A stretch of 64,000 nucleotides of DNA from Gemmatimonadota bacterium (GTDB taxonomy: Bacteria; Gemmatimonadota; Gemmatimonadetes; Gemmatimonadales; GWC2-71-9), in NCBI GenBank assembly GCA_046728135.1, contig JBKPDZ010000016.1, forward strand, positions 6,822-70,821. Direction: 5' to 3'. A program made the translations under genes and the position numbers. Under the pieces are notes generated by a model. It saw nothing but the letters and a program-made list of their open reading frames with translations. It had not been told where the DNA came from and searched no databases. Positions 45,151 to 55,226 of this stretch are shown one piece after another (within the stretch, counting starts at the first letter, position 1; each line of letters opens with the position of its first letter).

Positions 45151-45710
45151 CGCCCGATGATCCGCTGGATCTCTCCGGCGATCTGGTCGACCGTCCCGGT
45201 GCCGGGGACGCGGTGCACGATGCCGCGTTGGGCATAGTGCGCGATGAGCGGGGCGGTGTCGCGCTGGTAGATCTGGAGACGCGTCGCGATGGCGTCGGGC
45301 GTGTCATCGGGGCGCCCTTCGACGTGGGAGCGCGCGCGCATGCGACGCACCAGCTCGTCTTCGGTGACGTCGAGCAGGAGAATGTGGTTCAGCCGCTGGC
45401 CGCTCTGCGCCAGCGTCCGATCGACCAGCTCGGCCTGCGCCGCGGTGCGCGGGAACCCATCGAGGATCGCGCCGGTCTTCGCCTCCGGGCGATCCAACTG
45501 CCCCTTGATCATGCCGAGGATGATGCTGTCAGGCACCAGCTTTCCCTCGTCGTAGTACTTCTTGAACTCGAGTCCGAGCGGCGTGCCGTCCTTCATCGCC
45601 GCGCGGATGAGGTCGCCGGTGGTGATCTTGGGCAGGCCGAGGCGCTCGGCGAGGATTTTCCCTTGTGTCCCCTTCCCCGAGCCTGGCGCTCCCAGGATGA
45701 GAATGAACAC
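45147..45710 (-). CDS. adk: adenylate kinase (short lid type)
   Basis: MFILILGAPGSGKGTQGKILAERLGLPKITTGDLIR. Confidence 0.95.
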   Translation of the reverse strand: MFILILGAPGSGKGTQGKILAERLGLPKITTGDLIRAAMKDGTPLGLEFKKYYDEGKLVPDSIILGMIKGQLDRPEAKTGAILDGFPRTAAQAELVDRTLAQSGQRLNHILLLDVTEDELVRRMRARSHVEGRPDDTPDAIATRLQIYQRDTAPLIAHYAQRGIVHRVPGTGTVDQIAGEIQRIIGR

Positions 45711-45724
45711 TTACAGTGCAGGCA

Positions 45725-47041
45725 CTAGCGGCGGAAGCGAACCCGCGAGGTGCCGCCGCCCGCGCCACCGCCCTTCATGAAGCCGTCGTACTGCCGCAGC
45801 AACAGATGCTGCTGCACCTGCTGGACCGTATCGAGCGCTACGCCGACGACGATGAGCAGCGCCGTGCCGCCGAAGCCGAACGGCATGTTGAGCGTGGTCG
45901 AGATCACCATGGGCAACAGTGCCACGAACGTGAGGAAAATCGCGCCGGGCAGGGTGATGCGCGTGAGTACTTCATCGATGTAATCGGCGGTCGGCGCGCC
46001 AGGCTTCACGCCGGGGATGAACGCGCCCTGCTTCTTCAGGTTCTCCGCCAGATCGACGGGATTGAAGATGATCGAGGTGTAGAAGTAGGCGAAGAAGACG
46101 ATCAGCACGGCGCTCGCCACGATGTACCAGACCGACGTCGTGTTGAAGTATTCGGCGAAGTTCTTCAGCCACTGGACCCCGCTGAACGTCGCAACCGTGC
46201 CCGGCACGATGATCAGCGACTGCGCGAAGATGATCGGCATCACGCCCGCGCTGTTGATGCGCAGCGGGATGAACGTCTTCTGCCCCTCCCGGATGCGGCC
46301 GCGGCCCATCACCTTGCGCGGGATTTGGACCGGAATCCGCCGCGCCGCCACCGTGATGGCCACGGTGCCCGCGACGACGAGCACCATCATGAACAGCACG
46401 ATGAGCAGGACCGCGAAGCTCAGCGTGCCGGTCTTCAGGGCTTCGAACGTATTTACCGTCTCGGGGAGGATCCGCTCGATGATCGAGAAGAAGATCAGCA
46501 GGCTCATGCCGTTCCCGATGCCGCGCTCGGTGATCTGCTCGCCGAGCCACATGACGAAGATGCCGCCCGTGGTCAGCGTCAGCACCGTCGTCATTCGGAA
46601 GGCCCACCCCGGATGCGCGACCGCGTTGGGAAGCTGCTCGGTGAAGATGCCGAACCCGTATGCCTGGAAGAGGCAGAGCACCACGGTCAGATAGCGCGTC
46701 CACTGCGTGAGCGTCTTCTTGCCCTCTTCGTCGCGCTGCATCTTCTCGATGATCGGGAACACCGGGCCGGCCAGCTGGAAGACGATGCTCGCGGAGATGT
46801 ACGGCATGATGCCGAGCGCAAAGACCGTCGCGCGGCGCAGGCCGCCGCCCGAGAACAGGTCGTAGAGTCCGAACAGCGTGCCCGTGCCGCGGGTGCTCAT
46901 GAAGTCGGCGAGCGCGTCGACGTTCACGCCCGGCGTCGCGATGTGTGCCCCGATGCGGTAGATCACCAGGCACAGCAGCGTGAAGAGGAGCTTTTCCTTG
47001 AGCTCCGGAACCTTGAAGAGATTCGGAAGCGGCGCCGTCAC
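45725..47041 (-). CDS. secY: preprotein translocase subunit SecY
   Basis: LKEKLLFTLLCLVIYRIGAHIATPGVN..., ALGIMPYISASI, 10 TM spans. Confidence 0.95.
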   Translation of the reverse strand: MTAPLPNLFKVPELKEKLLFTLLCLVIYRIGAHIATPGVNVDALADFMSTRGTGTLFGLYDLFSGGGLRRATVFALGIMPYISASIVFQLAGPVFPIIEKMQRDEEGKKTLTQWTRYLTVVLCLFQAYGFGIFTEQLPNAVAHPGWAFRMTTVLTLTTGGIFVMWLGEQITERGIGNGMSLLIFFSIIERILPETVNTFEALKTGTLSFAVLLIVLFMMVLVVAGTVAITVAARRIPVQIPRKVMGRGRIREGQKTFIPLRINSAGVMPIIFAQSLIIVPGTVATFSGVQWLKNFAEYFNTTSVWYIVASAVLIVFFAYFYTSIIFNPVDLAENLKKQGAFIPGVKPGAPTADYIDEVLTRITLPGAIFLTFVALLPMVISTTLNMPFGFGGTALLIVVGVALDTVQQVQQHLLLRQYDGFMKGGGAGGGTSRVRFRR

Positions 47042-47541
47042 GCGATCGTTCCGCCCGCCTGCTCGATCTTCTGTTTCGCGCTCGCCGACACGGCCACGCC
47101 TTTCACGACGAATTTCCGCCCTGACACGTCGCCCGTTCCGAGCAGCTTGATCGGATGATCGGGACGGCGCACGAGCCCCGCGCCGAACAGCGTCTCCGGG
47201 GTGACCTCGACGCCCTCAGCCAGCAGCACGAGGTGGCGCACGTTCACAACTTGCGCCGGCTGCTTGAACGGATTGGTGAAGCCGCGCTTCGGAATGCGCC
47301 GGATGAGCGGCATCTGACCGCCCTCGAATCCGGGACGGACATGGCCTCCCTGCCGCGCGGTCTGCCCTTTCCCGCCGCGGCCGGCCGTCTTCCCGATACC
47401 CGATCCGGGGCCGCGCCCCTTCCGGATGCGCGCGCGATGCGAGCCGCGCGGCGGGCGCAGATCGTGCAGGGCGAGCCGCTGCGTCGCCGCCTCGGGCCTG
47501 GCCTTGGGTTTCCGTTTGGACTTCGTCTTCGTCGCTGGCAT
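47038..47541 (-). CDS. rplO: 50S ribosomal protein L15 (N-terminally extended)
   Basis: GRGPGSGIGKTAGRGGKGQTARQGG. 167 aa. Confidence 0.95.
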   Translation of the reverse strand: MPATKTKSKRKPKARPEAATQRLALHDLRPPRGSHRARIRKGRGPGSGIGKTAGRGGKGQTARQGGHVRPGFEGGQMPLIRRIPKRGFTNPFKQPAQVVNVRHLVLLAEGVEVTPETLFGAGLVRRPDHPIKLLGTGDVSGRKFVVKGVAVSASAKQKIEQAGGTIA

Positions 47542-47811
47542 TTACCTCTTTCCTTCTTTTTCCGGCGTCACCTCGACGAGGTGACGCACCTGTTGGAGCA
47601 TGCCGCGCAGCGCGGGGTGATCCGCGTGCACGACTTCATCCTGATGGTGCTTGAGGCCCAGCGCCTCGAGGGTCCGCCGCATCCGTTGCGCGTGACCGCT
47701 GCCCGACCGCACCTGCTTGATGCGCAGCTTCCCTTTGCCCGCAGCCGGCAAGACCCGGTCGCGGCCCGATTTCCGCTTGCGGTATTTCCGTGTCGGGGGG
47801 AGCCTACCCAC
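47542..47811 (-). CDS. rpmD: 50S ribosomal protein L30
   Basis: [27 protein letters not shown]. The start is uncertain: GTG at 47811 overlaps rpsE, and a later TTG is possible. Confidence 0.85.
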   Translation of the reverse strand: MGRLPPTRKYRKRKSGRDRVLPAAGKGKLRIKQVRSGSGHAQRMRRTLEALGLKHHQDEVVHADHPALRGMLQQVRHLVEVTPEKEGKR

Positions 47812-48550
47812 GGGTCACCCCGGTGGGAACGGCGGACTCCTGGCGGGCGCGATACGGAATCGCCTCGGGCTCGATCCCGCGCTCGCGCGCGACGCGCCGA
47901 GCGGTCGTGAGACGCTTCAAGCCATCCATCGTTGCCCGTACCATGTTGTGCGGGTTGGTCGAGCCGAGACTCTTCGTCAGGATGTCGCGGATGCCTGCGC
48001 ACTCGAGTACCGCGCGCACCGGACCGCCCGCGATCACGCCGGTTCCCGACGCGGCGGGCTTGAGCAGCACCCGTCCGGCACCGTGCTTTCCGATGATCTC
48101 GTGCGGAATGGTGCCGCCCGTGAGCGGGATTTCGTTCATGCGGCGGCGCGCCGCCTCGACCGCCTTGCGCACCGCTTCGCTGACTTCGTTCGCCTTGCCG
48201 GTCGCGATCCCGACCTGCCCCTTGCCGTCGCCGACGGCGACGAGCGCGTTGAAGCTGAAGCGCCGGCCGCCTTTGACGACTTTCGCCACGCGATTGATCG
48301 CGACGACGTTCTCGACCATGCCGTCGCTTTCGCGCTGGCCGCCGCGATCGCCGCCCTCGCGACGATCCCCGCCGCGACCCCTGCCGCGACCACCGCGTCC
48401 CCCCCCGCCGCCCCCGCCCCCGCCCCCCTGGCCACGAGGACCGCGCGCGGGCCGCTCGACCGGAGCAGCCTCTGCCACCGGTGCGGCAGAGGGGGCTGGG
48501 GAGGGGGGGGAGGACCCCGGAGCTTCCGTACCTTCTTTTTGCTCGTCCAT
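47804..48550 (-). CDS. rpsE: 30S ribosomal protein S5 with ~80-aa Pro/Ala then Gly/Arg-rich N-terminal extension
   Basis: Core [33 protein letters not shown] preceded by ...[36 protein letters not shown]. Confidence 0.95.
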   Translation of the reverse strand: MDEQKEGTEAPGSSPPSPAPSAAPVAEAAPVERPARGPRGQGGGGGGGGGGRGGRGRGRGGDRREGGDRGGQRESDGMVENVVAINRVAKVVKGGRRFSFNALVAVGDGKGQVGIATGKANEVSEAVRKAVEAARRRMNEIPLTGGTIPHEIIGKHGAGRVLLKPAASGTGVIAGGPVRAVLECAGIRDILTKSLGSTNPHNMVRATMDGLKRLTTARRVARERGIEPEAIPYRARQESAVPTGVTRG

Positions 48551-48921
48551 TAGAACTCCAATCCGCCCTTACGCGCGCCGTCCGCGACGGCTTTCACGCG
48601 ACCGTGATACTGATAGCCGCCGCGGTCGAACACGACCTTGGCGATGCCTTTCTCTTTCGCCTTCGCGGCGATGAGCTTCCCAACGGCGAAGCTCCGCGCC
48701 ACTTTGCCCTTGCCCTCGACCTGCACGCCTTCCGACGTGTCCGCGGCGCCGGCGATCGTGACGCCACGGTGATCGTCCACCAGCTGCGCGTAGATGTGCT
48801 TGGACGAGCGGAACACGACGAGGCGCGGCCGCTCGGGCGTGCCCTCGACCTTCTTGCGGACGCGCAGGTGCCGGCGGTAGCGGCTATCCGACGCGGTTTT
48901 GATTTTCCGAATGGAGCGCAT
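48550..48921 (-). CDS. rplR: 50S ribosomal protein L18
   Basis: [34 protein letters not shown]. Confidence 0.95.
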   Translation of the reverse strand: MRSIRKIKTASDSRYRRHLRVRKKVEGTPERPRLVVFRSSKHIYAQLVDDHRGVTIAGAADTSEGVQVEGKGKVARSFAVGKLIAAKAKEKGIAKVVFDRGGYQYHGRVKAVADGARKGGLEF

Positions 48922-48924
48922 GGG

Positions 48925-49473
48925 TTATTTCGCCGCCGCTTGGGCCGTCTTGCCCGCCTTGCGCCGGACCTGCTCACCGGCGTAGCGGATGCCCTTGCCC
49001 TTGTAGGGTTCGGGTGGCCGGATATTGCGCAGCTCCGCGGCCACCTGACCCACCAGTTCCTTGTCGACGCCCTCGATTTTCAGCAGGACGTTGTTCGTGA
49101 CCGTGATCTTGATGCCTTGTGGCGCATGGTAGGGGACGGGATGCGACAGTCCCACCACCAGCTGCACGCCGAACGGCTTCGGCTCGGCCTTGTAGCCGAC
49201 GCCCTGGATCTCGAGCGACTTCGCGAAGCCGTTGGTGACGCCTTCCACCATATTCGCGACGAGCGTGCGGGTGAGCCCGTGCAGCGCCCGGTGCCGCGCT
49301 TCGTCGGATGGGCGCTTCACGACCACCGTGCTGTCGTCGAGGGCCAACGTCATGTCCTCGTGCAGCGTGCGGCTGATCTCGCCCTTCGGTCCCTTGACCG
49401 TGATCTTGTGCCCGTCGATTTGCGCCGTTACGCCCTTCGGCAACGCGACAGGCTTCCTACCGATACGTGACAT
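48925..49473 (-). CDS. rplF: 50S ribosomal protein L6
   Basis: MSRIGRKPVALPKGVTAQIDGHKITVKGPKGE. Confidence 0.95.
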   Translation of the reverse strand: MSRIGRKPVALPKGVTAQIDGHKITVKGPKGEISRTLHEDMTLALDDSTVVVKRPSDEARHRALHGLTRTLVANMVEGVTNGFAKSLEIQGVGYKAEPKPFGVQLVVGLSHPVPYHAPQGIKITVTNNVLLKIEGVDKELVGQVAAELRNIRPPEPYKGKGIRYAGEQVRRKAGKTAQAAAK

Positions 49474-49500
49474 CCCTGGCTCCTGACTCCCGGCTCCTGG

Positions 49501-49896
49501 TTACCAGACCACAGCAAGCAATTCGCCGCCCACTCGGGCGGTGCGCGCTTCGCGGTCTGTCATGAGTCCTTGCGGCGTGCTGAGAATCGCCATGCCGAGT
49601 CCGTTTTTCACACGCGGGATCTCGCGCGCCTTCACATAGCGCCGCAATCCGGGCGACGACACGCGCTGCAGCTCCCGAATGACGGGGGTGTCGTTGTGGT
49701 ACTTCAGGTACAGCCGCAGCAGCCCGTGTTGCCCGTCGTCCAGCACCTTGAAGTCCTGGACGTAATGGTTGTCACGCAGAATCGTGGCGATCGCGACTTT
49801 CAGCTTCGACACCGGCATGTCGACACGACGGTGCCCCGCCAAACAGGCGTTGCGCACGCGGGTCAGCATATCGGCGACGGGATCAATAACGCTCAT
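49501..49896 (-). CDS. rpsH: 30S ribosomal protein S8
   Basis: DPVADMLTRVRNA...GLGMAILSTPQGLMTDREAR. Confidence 0.95.
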   Translation of the reverse strand: MSVIDPVADMLTRVRNACLAGHRRVDMPVSKLKVAIATILRDNHYVQDFKVLDDGQHGLLRLYLKYHNDTPVIRELQRVSSPGLRRYVKAREIPRVKNGLGMAILSTPQGLMTDREARTARVGGELLAVVW

Positions 49897-49916
49897 TCGT
49901 GTCCCCTCGGTCCCTC

Positions 49917-50102
49917 TTACCAGCTGGCCTTGCGCACGCCGGGAATCTCCCCGCGCAACGCCAGCTCACGGAAGCAGATGCGGCACAGCTTGAACTTGCG
50001 CAGCGTGCCGCGGCTCCGGCCGCAGCGCTGGCAGCGGTAGTAGCCTCGCACCTTGAACTTCGGAGTCTTCTTGACCTTCTCGATCCATGCCTTCTTCGCC
50101 AT
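49917..50102 (-). CDS. rpsN: 30S ribosomal protein S14, zinc-binding type Z
   Basis: ORF trimmed to [61 protein letters not shown] (61 aa, CxxC...CxxC). Confidence 0.95.
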   Translation of the reverse strand: MAKKAWIEKVKKTPKFKVRGYYRCQRCGRSRGTLRKFKLCRICFRELALRGEIPGVRKASW

Positions 50103-50110
50103 GAGGTCTC

Positions 50111-50854
50111 CTAGGCTGCGGCGCCCGCGCCGGCCGCCGCCCCCGCGGCTTCCGCACGGAACGGCATGCCCAGCTCGCGCAACAGGGCCAGCGCGGTGTC
50201 GTCGCGTCCGGCGCTCGTTACGAACGTGATGTCCATCCCGTGAATGCGCTCGACCTTGTCGTAGTCGATCTCCGGGAAAATCATCTGCTCCTTGATGCCC
50301 AGCGTGTAATTGCCGCGTCCATCGAAACTCTTCGTGGGCAGCCCGCGGAAGTCGCGCATGCGCGGCACCGCGATCGAGATGAAGCGATCGAGGAACTCGT
50401 ACATGCGGCCGCCGCGCAGCGTCACGGCGCACCCGATCGCCTGCCCTTCCCGCAGGTTGAAGTTCGCGATCGCCTTCTTGGCGCGCGTCACGACGGGGTG
50501 CTGGCCGCTGATGGCGGCGAGCTCGGCCACCGCGGCGTCCAGCCCCTTCGGATTCTTGGACGCGTCCCCCATCCCGACATTGAGCACGATCTTCTTGAGC
50601 CGCGGAATCTGATGCGGGTTCTTGAAGGCAAACTGCTGCTGCAGCTTGCCGCGCACCTGCTGCTCGTAGAAATCCCAGAGTCGCGCGCGCGGCGCGGGCT
50701 CGACCGGCTCGGCAGGAGCAGCCTCGGCCTTGGGCTGCTGCTCCTCTTTCGGAGCGCCGCCCTTCTGTTTCTTGGCCTGCTTTTCCTGCTTCGGCTGCTT
50801 GGGCTGCTTGGGCTGCTTCTCGGGCTGCTCTTGTTTTTCTTTCTCGTCCGCCAT
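50111..50854 (-). CDS. rplE: 50S ribosomal protein L5 with K/Q/P/E-rich N-terminal extension and Ala-rich C-tail
   Basis: The core begins at [39 protein letters not shown]. The N-terminus reads [33 protein letters not shown]... Confidence 0.95.
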   Translation of the reverse strand: MADEKEKQEQPEKQPKQPKQPKQEKQAKKQKGGAPKEEQQPKAEAAPAEPVEPAPRARLWDFYEQQVRGKLQQQFAFKNPHQIPRLKKIVLNVGMGDASKNPKGLDAAVAELAAISGQHPVVTRAKKAIANFNLREGQAIGCAVTLRGGRMYEFLDRFISIAVPRMRDFRGLPTKSFDGRGNYTLGIKEQMIFPEIDYDKVERIHGMDITFVTSAGRDDTALALLRELGMPFRAEAAGAAAGAGAAA

Positions 50855-50856
50855 AC

Positions 50857-51240
50857 CTACCTCACGCGCGGAATCGGTTGACCCGATTTCACCGCGATCC
50901 GTTCCAGCTTGCCTTCTTTGTCATGACGCCGCCGCACGCGCGTCGGCGCGCCCGATTTCGGGTCGAGCAGCATCACGTTCGACGCGGCGATCGGCGCCGG
51001 GAACTCGATGATCCCGCTCTCCCCCTGCGGCGTCGTCGCGCGCTTGTGCTTCTTCACGATGTTCACGCCTTCCACCACGATCCGAAACTTTTTGGGATAG
51101 ACGTGGAGGATCTTGCCTTCCTTGCCGCGGTGCTCGCCGCTGATCACTCGCACGACGTCGCCCTTGGCCACGTGCAGCTTGTGCCGCTCCGGCACTGCCC
51201 CAGGCTCGCGCCGGGACTTCTTGTAAACGAGCGGCTTCAT
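50857..51240 (-). CDS. rplX: 50S ribosomal protein L24 (N-terminally extended)
   Basis: [27 protein letters not shown] (KOW motif). Confidence 0.95.
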   Translation of the reverse strand: MKPLVYKKSRREPGAVPERHKLHVAKGDVVRVISGEHRGKEGKILHVYPKKFRIVVEGVNIVKKHKRATTPQGESGIIEFPAPIAASNVMLLDPKSGAPTRVRRRHDKEGKLERIAVKSGQPIPRVR

Positions 51241-51241
51241 A

Positions 51242-51610
51242 TCAGATCACCTCCGGCGCCAGCGACACGATCTTCATGAACTTCTTCTCGCGCAGCTCGC
51301 GCCCCACCGGGCCGAAGATGCGGGTGGCGCGCGGCTCGCCTTCGTCATTGATCAGCACCGCCGCGTTTTCGTCGAAGCGGATGTAGGAGCCGTCCTTGCG
51401 CTTGGTCTCCTTGGCCGTCCGCACGATCACCGCCTTGGCCACCTCGCCTTTTTTCACCTGGCCGGTGGGGATGGCGTCCTTGATCGTGACCACCACGACG
51501 TCCCCCAGCCCCGCGTAGCGGCGCTTGGATCCGCCGAGCACGCGGATCACGAGCGCGCGCCGCGCGCCCGAGTTGTCCGCGATCTTGACCTGCGATTCTT
51601 GCTGCACCAT
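51242..51610 (-). CDS. rplN: 50S ribosomal protein L14
   Basis: ORF trimmed to [27 protein letters not shown]. Confidence 0.95.
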   Translation of the reverse strand: MVQQESQVKIADNSGARRALVIRVLGGSKRRYAGLGDVVVVTIKDAIPTGQVKKGEVAKAVIVRTAKETKRKDGSYIRFDENAAVLINDEGEPRATRIFGPVGRELREKKFMKIVSLAPEVI

Positions 51611-51612
51611 GG

Positions 51613-51867
51613 CTATTTCGCCTTTTCGATGATCTCGACCACCCGCCAACGTTTCCGTTTCGACAGGGGCCGAGTTTCCACGATGCGCACCGTGTCGCCC
51701 AGCTTGGCGCCGGTCTCGTCGTGCGCCGCGACCGTCTTGGTCCGGGTGATCTGCTTGCCGTAAAAACCGTGGGCGAAGCGGCGCACCATCGAGACCGTGA
51801 CCGTCTTCTGCATCTTGTCGCTGACGACGGTCCCCGTGCGAACTTTCCTGCGGCCGCGCTCCGTCAT
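51613..51867 (-). CDS. rpsQ: 30S ribosomal protein S17
   Basis: [38 protein letters not shown]. Confidence 0.95.
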   Translation of the reverse strand: MTERGRRKVRTGTVVSDKMQKTVTVSMVRRFAHGFYGKQITRTKTVAAHDETGAKLGDTVRIVETRPLSKRKRWRVVEIIEKAK

Positions 51868-52073
51868 GCCGACGCCCTTTCCTTCAAAATGGTCTTGATC
51901 CGCGCGATGTCGCGGCGAATCGTCCGCAACTGCAGCGGATTGGTGAGCGATTCCGTCGCCCGCCGGAATTCGAGCCGGAACTTCTCCTCCGTCAGCACCG
52001 CGAGCTTCTGCGCCAGCTCGTCGGTCTTGAGCTCGCGCAGTCCCTCCGCCCGGTTTTCCCGTTTCGCCGGCAT
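51864..52073 (-). CDS. rpmC: 50S ribosomal protein L29
   Basis: ORF trimmed to [37 protein letters not shown]. Confidence 0.9.
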   Translation of the reverse strand: MPAKRENRAEGLRELKTDELAQKLAVLTEEKFRLEFRRATESLTNPLQLRTIRRDIARIKTILKERASA

Positions 52074-52075
52074 GG

Positions 52076-52489
52076 TTACCGCTCCTCGCGCTTCACGAAC
52101 TTGGACTTGACCGGCAACTTCGCCGACGCCAGCGCCAGCGCCGCGCGCGCCGCGGCCTCTTCGATCCCCTCGAGCTCGAACATGATCCGGCCCGGCTTCA
52201 CGACCGCCACCCACCCTTCCGGATTCCCCTTGCCCTTTCCCATCCGCGTTTCGGCGGGCTTCTTCGTGATCGGCTTGTCGGGGAACAGCCGGATCCACAC
52301 CTTGCCGCCGCGCTTCATCTCGCGCGTGAGCGCGACGCGCGCGGCCTCGATCTGCCGATTCGAGACCCAGCCGGGCTCGAGCGACATCAACCCGTAGTGG
52401 CCGAACGCGACCGTGTTGCCGCGCGTGGCCATCCCGCTGGTGCGGCCCTTGAACCGCTTGCGAAACTTGACGCGCTTCGGTGCCAGCAT
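52076..52489 (-). CDS. rplP: 50S ribosomal protein L16
   Basis: [30 protein letters not shown]. Confidence 0.95.
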   Translation of the reverse strand: MLAPKRVKFRKRFKGRTSGMATRGNTVAFGHYGLMSLEPGWVSNRQIEAARVALTREMKRGGKVWIRLFPDKPITKKPAETRMGKGKGNPEGWVAVVKPGRIMFELEGIEEAAARAALALASAKLPVKSKFVKREER

Positions 52490-52492
52490 GGC

Positions 52493-53152
52493 TTAGACGC
52501 CCGTCGAATAGGTGCGGCCGTGGAGATCCTCGGTCCGCTCGCCCTTGAAGATCCAGACCTTCACGCCAATCGTGCCGAACGTGGTCTTGGCGGTGGAGGT
52601 CGCGTAATCGATGTCCGCGCGCAGCGTGTGCAACGGCACGCGGCCCTCGTGATAACCCTCGGTGCGCGCGATTTCCGCCCCGCCCAGGCGGCCCGCCGTC
52701 TTGATCTTGATCCCCTGCGCACCCATCCGCATCGCGCTCTGCACCGCGCGCTTCATCGCGCGGCGGAACGAGATGCGCTGGGTGAGCTGATGCGCGACGC
52801 TGTCGCCCACCAGCTGCGCGTCGAGCTCGGGCCGCTTGATCTCCTCGACGTTGATGCCGACCTCTTTGCCGGTCAGCTGCGCCAGCTCATCGCGCAGCTT
52901 GTCGACTTCCGCGCCGCGCTTGCCGATCACGACGCCCGGCCGGCCGGTGTGGACCGTAACGGTCACCTTGCCCGGCTTGCGCTCGATGTGCACGTCCGCG
53001 ATGGCGGCATGGCTGAGGCGCGTCTTCAGATACTTCCGGATCAGCTCGTCTTCCTTGAGCAACTCCGGGAAGTTGCGCTTCGCGAAGTAGCGGGAGCGCC
53101 ACGGTTTGACGATGCCCAGCCGGAACCCGTAGGGATGTGTTTTCTGGCCCAC
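52493..53152 (-). CDS. rpsC: 30S ribosomal protein S3
   Basis: [24 protein letters not shown]. Confidence 0.95.
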   Translation of the reverse strand: MGQKTHPYGFRLGIVKPWRSRYFAKRNFPELLKEDELIRKYLKTRLSHAAIADVHIERKPGKVTVTVHTGRPGVVIGKRGAEVDKLRDELAQLTGKEVGINVEEIKRPELDAQLVGDSVAHQLTQRISFRRAMKRAVQSAMRMGAQGIKIKTAGRLGGAEIARTEGYHEGRVPLHTLRADIDYATSTAKTTFGTIGVKVWIFKGERTEDLHGRTYSTGV

Positions 53153-53644
53153 TTACCTGCTCGCTTTCTTTTTCTTGGCCGGCGTCTTTTTCTTGGCCTT
53201 CGCCTTCGTCGCCGGCGCCTTGCGCGCGCGCGGCTTCTTCTCGGCTTTCGCTTCCGCCTTGGGAGCGGCCGGAGCCGGAGCCGCCGGGGCAGCCGCGTCC
53301 GCGCCGGCCACGCGAATCTCCACGTGGCTCGTGCGCTTTAGAATCGGGGTACCGCGACCCATCGCCGCCGCCGTGAAGCGCTTCAGGGTCTGCCCCTCGT
53401 TCACCACCGCATACGTGACCCGCAGGTTATCGGCGTCGAACGGCGTATTCTCCCGCTGCGCCGTCTGCTGCGCGTTGGCGACCGCCGACTTGAGCACCTT
53501 GTGGATCTGGCGCGCGGCCCGCTTCTTGGAGAAGCGCAGGATCGCGTCGGCTTCCGGGACGGCGTGGCCGCGGATCAAATCGATCACGAGGCGCATCTTG
53601 CGCGCCGACTGGCGCACGCCGCGTTGAATCGCTCGAGCTTCCAT
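53153..53644 (-). CDS. rplV: 50S ribosomal protein L22 with Ala/Lys-rich C-terminal extension
   Basis: MEARAIQRGVRQSARKMRLVIDLIRG. The tail reads ...AAPAAPAPAAPKAEAKAEKKPRARKAPATKAKAKKKTPAKKKKASR. Confidence 0.95.
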   Translation of the reverse strand: MEARAIQRGVRQSARKMRLVIDLIRGHAVPEADAILRFSKKRAARQIHKVLKSAVANAQQTAQRENTPFDADNLRVTYAVVNEGQTLKRFTAAAMGRGTPILKRTSHVEIRVAGADAAAPAAPAPAAPKAEAKAEKKPRARKAPATKAKAKKKTPAKKKKASR

Positions 53645-53647
53645 CGC

Positions 53648-53989
53648 TTACTCCTTGCCCTTCTTCTCGGCGCCGCCCTCACCGCCCGCCTCGGCGGCAG
53701 CCGCCTCGGCCTCACGCTCCGCCGCCGAGCCCTTGGCGCCGTGGCCGCGGAACAACCGCGTCGCGGCGAACTCGCCGAGCTTGTGCCCCACCATGTTTTC
53801 AGTGATGTACACGGGGATGAACTTGTTCCCGTTGTGCACCGCGAGCGTATGGCCCACGAAGTCCGGCGTGATCGTGCTGCGCCGCGACCAGGTCTTGAAC
53901 ACTTTTTTTTCGTTCCGCTCGTTAAGGGCGCGGATCTTGATCATCAGCGACTCCTCGACATACGGTCCCTTTTTTACGCTACGACCCAT
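53648..53989 (-). CDS. rpsS: 30S ribosomal protein S19 (C-terminally extended)
   Basis: ORF trimmed to [19 protein letters not shown]...[24 protein letters not shown]. Confidence 0.95.
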   Translation of the reverse strand: MGRSVKKGPYVEESLMIKIRALNERNEKKVFKTWSRRSTITPDFVGHTLAVHNGNKFIPVYITENMVGHKLGEFAATRLFRGHGAKGSAAEREAEAAAAEAGGEGGAEKKGKE

Positions 53990-53998
53990 GACTCCGCT

Positions 53999-54098
53999 CC
54001 AATTCGAAATGCGAAATTCGGAATGCGAAATGTCAGGGCGAGGTCGTTCGCCACGACATGTAGGTTGAAATTCCGCATTTCGAATTCCGCATTTCGCA
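53999..54098 (-). repeat. ~100-nt GCGAAAT/GCGGAAT heptamer-periodic hairpin element (copy 1) filling the rplB-rpsS spacer
   Basis: Plus strand reads CCAATTCGAAATGCGAAATTCGGAATGCGAAATGTC...GAAATTCCGCATTTCGAATTCCGCATTTCGCA. The arms are ~21/25 complementary. AT-rich relative to the surroundings. Confidence 0.85.
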
Positions 54099-54938
54099 TT
54101 ATTGGGTTGCCTTCCCGCGTTTCCGTCCCCGCACAATGAGTTTCGTCGATGGTTTCTTCTTATGCCTGGTCTTCTTGCCCTCGACCTTGCCCCACGGGTT
54201 CGTGGGCGGCCGGCCGCCCGACGACTTGCCTTCGCCGCCGCCCAGCGGGTGATCGACGGGGTTCATCGCCACGCCGCGTACCCGCGGGCTGCGGCCCAGC
54301 CAGCGCGTCTTCCCGGCCTTGCCGATCGACAGCAGCTCGTGCTCGGCGTTGCCGACTTCGCCGATCGTGGCGAGGCACTCGCCGCGTACCATCCGCATTT
54401 CCGTCGAGCGCAGCCGCAGCGTGACGTAGTTGCCCTCTTTGGCCACGACCTGCGCGCTCGTCCCCGCGCCGCGGCACAGCTGGCCGCCGCGCGCGATCTT
54501 CAGCTCGATGTTGTGCACCGCCGTCCCCAGCGGAATCTCGAACAGCGGCATGGCGTTGCCGGTGCGAATGTCCGAACCGGGCCCCGAAACCACCGTGTCG
54601 CCGACGTTCAGCCCTTTGGGCGCGAGGATGTAGCGCTTCTCACCGTCACCGTAGTGCAGCAGCGCGATGCGGGCCGTCCGGTTGGGGTCGTACTCGATGC
54701 TCGCGACCCTCGCCGGAATGCCGAACTTGTCGCGCCGGAAGTCGATGCGCCGGTACTGCCGCTTGTGCCCGCCGCTCATATACCGGCTCGTGATGTGGCC
54801 CTTGTTGTTGCGCCCGCCCGTGCGCTTCAGCGGCTCGAGCAACGTCTTCTCGGGTTCCGTCTTCGTGACTTCGGAGAAGTCGGAGACCGAGCGAAAGCGC
54901 GTGGCCGGCGTCATCGGCCGAAACTGTCGGATGCCCAT
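54099..54938 (-). CDS. rplB: 50S ribosomal protein L2
   Basis: [23 protein letters not shown]...[18 protein letters not shown]. Confidence 0.95.
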   Translation of the reverse strand: MGIRQFRPMTPATRFRSVSDFSEVTKTEPEKTLLEPLKRTGGRNNKGHITSRYMSGGHKRQYRRIDFRRDKFGIPARVASIEYDPNRTARIALLHYGDGEKRYILAPKGLNVGDTVVSGPGSDIRTGNAMPLFEIPLGTAVHNIELKIARGGQLCRGAGTSAQVVAKEGNYVTLRLRSTEMRMVRGECLATIGEVGNAEHELLSIGKAGKTRWLGRSPRVRGVAMNPVDHPLGGGEGKSSGGRPPTNPWGKVEGKKTRHKKKPSTKLIVRGRKRGKATQ

Positions 54939-55226
54939 TTAGCCCTCGAACACCTCGATCGCGTCGCCCTCTTTGAGGGTCACGATCGCCTTTTTCCAGG
55001 ATGGCCGGCGGCCCTGGTAGCGCCCGTGCGTGCGCCGCTTGGCCCGCATGATCATCGTGCGGACGCCGGTGACCGACACCTTGAACAGCGTTTCGATGGC
55101 CGCCTTGATCTGCGGCTTGGTCGCGTCGCTGTGGACGCGAAACGCGTACTCCTTACGCGCGCCGTAGGCCGCGGACGACTTCTCCGTGACCACCGGACGC
55201 ACGATCGTGTCGTGCAGCTCAGGCAT
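54939..55226 (-). CDS. rplW: 50S ribosomal protein L23
   Basis: ORF trimmed to MPELHDTIVRPVVTEKSSAA... Confidence 0.9.
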   Translation of the reverse strand: MPELHDTIVRPVVTEKSSAAYGARKEYAFRVHSDATKPQIKAAIETLFKVSVTGVRTMIMRAKRRTHGRYQGRRPSWKKAIVTLKEGDAIEVFEG

